This document shows positions 7,376 to 11,082 of a stretch of DNA of 11,082 nucleotides, piece by piece. Source of the DNA: Deinococcaceae bacterium (lineage in GTDB: Bacteria > Deinococcota > Deinococci > Deinococcales > Trueperaceae). The stretch covers positions 1-11,082 of the forward strand of contig JBDZWC010000099.1 in the NCBI GenBank assembly GCA_040256005.1, in the 5' to 3' direction. Made by a program: the position numbers and the translations under genes. Positions within the stretch are counted from its first letter, which is position 1. Each line of letters begins with the position of its first letter. The notes beneath the pieces were generated by a model. That model saw only the letters and a list, made by a program, of their open reading frames with translations. It made no database searches and had not been told where the DNA came from.

Positions 7376-7839
7376 CTAACAACCCCATGGGCCATCCGAG
7401 TGAGAAGTCTCGTAACGTAGTCGCTCCCTTCGGCGGTGCGCGCAAAGTCGAGAGGCGTCTTGCCGCCAAGCGCCAACTTCGGGCTGGCGAGCCACCGCCC
7501 CGCCGCCTTTTTGTCACCGTCGAAGAACTCCTCCGCTGCGGCGATAACCTTGGCGACTCGGTAAACGCGACTTGATTCCTCTGCCGTCAAGGGCTCCTTG
7601 CGACGCTTTCGGGAGTGATACGTACTCTCGGGGATGTTTACTATCCTGAGAATCTGTCCATCTGTGACGGACAGGGCCCTTGCGAGGCGTCCAACGGTCG
7701 CAGTGGACAAGCCATCGTTGATGCTTCTTGCGATCTCGAATTCATTCGTACCGCGCAGCCCGATGATCTTGGCGCTGGGTAGCGGCTGTGCCCTACGTGT
7801 CGGCGTGTAGTGCTTTATGACCACGCGAGCTCTATCCAT
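7372..7839 (-). CDS. Xre/MbcA/ParS-type antitoxin (HTH + toxin-binding C-terminal domain)
   Basis: HTH-like region (GLSTATVGRLARAL...IPESTYHSRKR), LTAEESSRVYRVAKV, and C-terminal A-x-x-WL-x-x-P-x-x-ALGG-x-TPLD...T-x-EG...L-x-R-x-x-HG. Lies directly upstream of and overlaps a RES gene. Confidence 0.92.
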   Translation of the reverse strand: MDRARVVIKHYTPTRRAQPLPSAKIIGLRGTNEFEIARSINDGLSTATVGRLARALSVTDGQILRIVNIPESTYHSRKRRKEPLTAEESSRVYRVAKVIAAAEEFFDGDKKAAGRWLASPKLALGGKTPLDFARTAEGSDYVTRLLTRMAHGVVS

Positions 7840-7845
7840 GTAGCG

Positions 7846-7851
7846 ATATTA
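7846..7851 (-). promoter_or_regulatory. Putative -10 element (TAATAT) of a leaderless TA operon transcript
   Basis: The minus strand reads TAATAT-cgctac-ATG, a TANNNT hexamer 6 nt before the antitoxin start, with no Shine-Dalgarno. Confidence 0.55.
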
Positions 7852-7961
7852 CTGCAAATGTAGACCTCGGCTTGCTCAATTGATAGTAGTGTGGACTTCA
7901 GTCGCTGAAGACAGCAAAGCGCTAGATCGCACACACTGCTGCAAGCACCAGAAGCCTGGGA

Positions 7962-10166
7962 CTACGCCTTCAGACCGGGCTTGGACCTGTACACGCGCGT
8001 GACGTCCCTTATGCGCCCGATGTTGTCCTTGATGTACTCGATCTCGGTGTGGTCCTTGACGTCCACACGGAACATGATGCGGGCGCCCATGTTGCTGTTC
8101 ACGTCCGCCGACACCCGGAACGCGCTCTTGTTCATGTTCGAGATGACGTCCAGCACGTCCTTGAGCAGGCCGGGGCGGTCCACGGCCACGACCTCGAAGT
8201 CGACCGGGAACACCTCCCCTGCCGGCGTGTCCCAGGTGACGTTCACGAAGCGGTCGGCGTCAGTCTCCATCAGGTGCTTGACGTTGGGGCAGTCGACGCG
8301 GTGCACCGAGATGCCACGACCGCGCGTGACGTACCCGATGACGTAGTCCCCCCGCACCGGGCTGCAGCACTGAGCGAGGTTCGCGGGCGCATCGAGCCCG
8401 TCCACGTAGACGCCAGACACGCTCTTGCGCGGCTGCTCGGCCGGTTGCTGGGGACGGCGGTCCTTGACCAAGTCGGGGACCAGCGTCTCGATCACGACCT
8501 TGGGCGTGATCCGCTGTGCATCCAGGGCCAGGTAGACGTCGTCCACGCTGTCGGAGTTGAGCAGCGTGTCGGCCACTTCGAGCAGCTTGGCCTTGGTCAT
8601 GTTCGGCGCCACGGGCAGGCTGCGGCGACGCAGGCCACGCTCCAGCATCCGCTTGCCGGCCTCGAGCTGCTGCTGACGCTCCTGCAGGCGGAAGTAGTGG
8701 CGGATCTTCTGCTTGGCGCTGCGGGTGACGACCATGTTCACCCAGTCGGCCGAGGGGCCGTACTGGCTGGAGCGGTTCGTCAGGATCTCGACGCGATCGC
8801 CGGTCTGCAGCTGATAGGTGAGCGGCACGATCTCGCCGTTCACGCGCGCGCCTATCGTCCTGTGCCCCACCTCGGTGTGCACCTGGTAGGCGAAGTCGAT
8901 GGGCGTGGAGCCCCGCGGCAGGTTCACCACGTCGCCTGCCGGCGTGAATACGAGGACGCGCTCGCCCAGGTAGTCGGTCTTGACGGCGTCCACGAACCCC
9001 TCGGCGTCCTCAGAGGTGGTGTCGATGTCCAGCAGCTGCTTCATCCACTCGAGGCGCTTCTGGATCTCGGCCGGGTCGTTGATGCCGTCCTTGTAAGCCC
9101 AGTGGGCGGCGACCCCGAACTCGGCCACCTCGTGCATGCGCCGCGTCCTGATCTGCACCTCGATGGGCTGGCCCAACAGGCCGATCACCGTGGTGTGCAG
9201 GCTCTGGTAGCCGTTCGGTTTGGGCACCGCCACGTAGTCCTTGAACCGCCCCGGGATGGGCGTCCACAGGCTATGGACGATGCCGAGGGCACGGTAGCAG
9301 ACGGCCTTCTCCGCGTCCTCTTGGGGTAGGCCGTTGCCGTTCGTCTCTGGGTCAAGGATGGCGCGTATGGCCATGAGGTCGAAGATCTGGTCCAGGCTCC
9401 TGTTGTCGCGCTGCATCTTCCGGTAGATGGAGTAGAGGTGCTTGCTGCGACCCGAGAGCTCGGCCTCAAGCCCCTCGGCCTTCAGCCGGTCAGTCAGGTG
9501 GCCGATGGCCTCCTTGACGTACTTCTCGCGCTCGATGTGCCGCGAGCGAACCTGCCGCTCGAGCTGCTCGTAACGCTCCCTGTCCACGTAGTAGAACGCC
9601 AGGTCCTCGAGCTCGTTCTTGATGTGGTTGATCCCCAGCCGGTGCGCGAGGGGCGCGAAGATCTCGAGGGTCTCCTCGGAGATGCGCACCTGCTTGGCCG
9701 GGGGCATGTGCTCGAGCGTGCGCATGTTGTGCAGGCGGTCGGCCAGCTTGACCAGGATGATCCGCACGTCGCTGACCATCGCCAGCAGCATCTGCCGCAG
9801 GTTCTCCGACTGTTCGTCGTGGTAGACGCGCACGGCGAGCTTGCTGATCTTCGTCTCGCCCTCGACGATGCGCCTGACGGTCTCGCCGAAGCGCTCCTCG
9901 ATCTCCTCGAACGTGGCCTCGGTGTCCTCGACCGTGTCGTGCAGCAGACCGGCCTTGAGGGCGTCCACGTCGAGTCGCATCTCGGCGAGGATCTCGGTGA
10001 CGGCCACGGGATGCGTGATGAACGGCTCGCCCGACCGGCGCTTCATGCCGCGGTGGTGCCGCTCCGCGAAGAGGTACGCCTCGTGAACGCGGCGCTGGTC
10101 CTCCTTCGAGAGGTAGCTGGTAGCGGCCTTGAGCCCGTCAGGCACGCTGATCACCGCGGTATCCAT
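7962..10166 (-). CDS. rel: Bifunctional (p)ppGpp synthetase/hydrolase Rel (long RSH)
   Basis: Intact HD hydrolase (HPVAV, GLLHDTVED, VKLADRLHNMRTL); synthetase (GRSKHLYSIYRKM, RFKDY, KPNGYQSLHT, EVQIRT); TGS (FTPAG...TPIDFAY); zinc-finger (CCSPVRGD...HRVDC); ACT (DRPGLLKDV). 734 aa. Confidence 0.97.
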   Translation of the reverse strand: MDTAVISVPDGLKAATSYLSKEDQRRVHEAYLFAERHHRGMKRRSGEPFITHPVAVTEILAEMRLDVDALKAGLLHDTVEDTEATFEEIEERFGETVRRIVEGETKISKLAVRVYHDEQSENLRQMLLAMVSDVRIILVKLADRLHNMRTLEHMPPAKQVRISEETLEIFAPLAHRLGINHIKNELEDLAFYYVDRERYEQLERQVRSRHIEREKYVKEAIGHLTDRLKAEGLEAELSGRSKHLYSIYRKMQRDNRSLDQIFDLMAIRAILDPETNGNGLPQEDAEKAVCYRALGIVHSLWTPIPGRFKDYVAVPKPNGYQSLHTTVIGLLGQPIEVQIRTRRMHEVAEFGVAAHWAYKDGINDPAEIQKRLEWMKQLLDIDTTSEDAEGFVDAVKTDYLGERVLVFTPAGDVVNLPRGSTPIDFAYQVHTEVGHRTIGARVNGEIVPLTYQLQTGDRVEILTNRSSQYGPSADWVNMVVTRSAKQKIRHYFRLQERQQQLEAGKRMLERGLRRRSLPVAPNMTKAKLLEVADTLLNSDSVDDVYLALDAQRITPKVVIETLVPDLVKDRRPQQPAEQPRKSVSGVYVDGLDAPANLAQCCSPVRGDYVIGYVTRGRGISVHRVDCPNVKHLMETDADRFVNVTWDTPAGEVFPVDFEVVAVDRPGLLKDVLDVISNMNKSAFRVSADVNSNMGARIMFRVDVKDHTEIEYIKDNIGRIRDVTRVYRSKPGLKA

Positions 10167-10175
10167 CAGGCCGCG

Positions 10176-10184
10176 AGTCTATCA
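10176..10184 (-). promoter_or_regulatory. Putative extended -10 promoter (TGaTAGACT) of rel
   Basis: The minus strand reads TGA-TAGACT-cgcggcctg-ATG, with 9 nt to the start codon and no SD, implying a leaderless or very short leader. Confidence 0.55.
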
Positions 10185-10240
10185 CCGGAAGGTGGATTCT
10201 CATGATGCCCCCGTGTAAAGGGTTTTCACCGTTGTGCCAT

Positions 10241-10278
10241 GTGTTCTTGGCGGTGTTCTTGGGCGGTGTTCTTGGGCG
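10241..10278. repeat. Three tandem copies of GTGTTCTTGG(G)CG (12,13,13 bp) in the rel / DUF2461 divergent intergenic region
   Basis: The exact 10-mer GTGTTCTTGG occurs at 10241, 10253 and 10266. Confidence 0.9.
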
Positions 10279-10337
10279 CCCCGGCGCGCCGGTCCTCGGT
10301 GGCGTCGCCCTCCCCAGCCGCTGGGCCCGACCGGGCG

Positions 10338-10343
10338 TAACCT
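10338..10343 (+). promoter_or_regulatory. Putative -10 element (TAACCT) of a leaderless DUF2461 transcript
   Basis: TAACCT-gacgct-GTG, a TANNNT hexamer 6 nt before the start, with no SD. Confidence 0.6.
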
Positions 10344-10349
10344 GACGCT

Positions 10350-10988
10350 GTGACCTTCACAGGCTTCCACCCGGACGGCTTCACCTTCTTCGCCGACCTG
10401 CACCGCGACAACTCGCGCGAGTTCTGGGAGGCGAACAAGGAGCGCTACCTGTCCAACGTGCGCGCGCCGTTGGAGGCGCTGGCCCGCGACCTCGAGGGCG
10501 CGTTCGGCGAATGGCACGCCTTCCGGCCCTACCGCGACCTACGCTTCACCAAGGACAAGCGGCCGTACAAGGAGCGCGCGGCGATCCAGTTCGGTGGCCG
10601 CGGGCCCGGAGCGATAGGCGGGCAGTACCTCCAGATCGGCAAGGAGGGCCTGTTCATCGGCGTGGGCAGCTACTACTTCCACCCCGAGCACCTCAAGCTC
10701 TACCGCCGCGCCGTCGCCGACGACCGCCTGGGCGGTGAGCTGGAAGGGATCGTCGAGAACGTCCTGGCGAGCGGCTACGGCCTCGTGGGCGAGACCCTCA
10801 AACGCGCCCCGCGGGGCTTCACCGAGGAACACCCCCGCGCTTCGTTGCTGAAGCGCAAGGGCATCGCTCTGAGCGCGCAGTACCCGGTCGAGGACTGGAT
10901 GTTCTCGCCGGGCGCCCTAGAGCGCGTGGCCCGGGTCTTCGCCGACGGCGAGCCGCTGTCCGCCTGGCTGCGGGCGCGGTTGGGGTAG
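10350..10988 (+). CDS. DUF2461 family conserved hypothetical protein
   Basis: Motifs F-x-GF...FF-x-DL-x-x-DNSREFWEANK-x-x-Y, FRPYRDLRFTKDKRPYK and LKRAPRGF-x-x-EHP-x-x-x-LLKRK are typical of DUF2461. Confidence 0.88.
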   Translation: MTFTGFHPDGFTFFADLHRDNSREFWEANKERYLSNVRAPLEALARDLEGAFGEWHAFRPYRDLRFTKDKRPYKERAAIQFGGRGPGAIGGQYLQIGKEGLFIGVGSYYFHPEHLKLYRRAVADDRLGGELEGIVENVLASGYGLVGETLKRAPRGFTEEHPRASLLKRKGIALSAQYPVEDWMFSPGALERVARVFADGEPLSAWLRARLG

Positions 10989-11082
10989 TTCGCGGGCCGG
11001 CGTTCTGGCGACCTGGGCTTCGGAGGCATGGCACCTCTTTTCGGCCACGGCGCCACTACCAAGCACGTGCATAGCTCAACCG

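Noticed and set aside
6950..7575. + strand ORFs (6950-7420, 7387-7575) opposite the TA genes as an antisense third component
   Set aside because: No motif, RBS or promoter support; explained as shadows of the toxin and antitoxin genes.
6849..7959. 7-bp inverted repeat CCAGGCT (6849-6855) / AGCCTGG (7953-7959) flanking the TA pair as mobile-element ends
   Set aside because: Too short and GC-rich to exceed chance; no target-site duplication or transposase seen.
8049..10205. Long + strand ORFs (8049-9329, 426 aa; 9438-10205, 255 aa) antisense to rel
   Set aside because: Typical high-GC antisense shadow frames rich in V/L/H/D; the rel frame explains the sequence fully.
10243..10271. GTTC direct repeats as an alphaproteobacterial-type LexA box (GTTC-N7-GTTC)
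   Set aside because: Spacings are N8 and N9 rather than N7, and the likely taxon does not fit.
11023..11041. GAGG-N7-CCTC-TTTT as an intrinsic terminator for DUF2461
   Set aside because: The stem is only 4 bp, too weak to call.
11065..11082. TAGCTCAA (11072-11079) resembling a tRNA D-arm start at the window edge
   Set aside because: Only about 18 nt are visible and the acceptor stem would begin with an atypical A; needs tRNAscan-SE on the extended sequence.

Overview
High-GC bacterial chromosomal window, probably Deinococcota (Trueperaceae-like). That assignment is inferred from a loop insertion in Rel and from several leaderless TANNNT promoters. The left 6.7 kb (+ strand) is a tightly coupled operon: the 3' end of an OppB/DppB permease, an OppC/DppC permease, an M42 metallopeptidase, an enolase-superfamily (MLE subgroup) racemase/epimerase, a cytoplasmic Cys-type sulfatase, and a lipoprotein with an Ig-like domain and a 7-bladed FG-GAP propeller. 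The lipoprotein signal peptide is preceded by a 27-bp tandem repeat. Converging from the right (- strand) are a full-length bifunctional rel (RelA/SpoT), a lower-GC Xre/MbcA/ParS-RES toxin-antitoxin pair, and a short decayed glyoxalase/VOC-like gene end. The RES toxin appears to start at a non-canonical CTG overlapping the antitoxin stop. A DUF2461 gene is transcribed divergently from rel, with a 3x GTGTTCTTGG(G)CG repeat in between.
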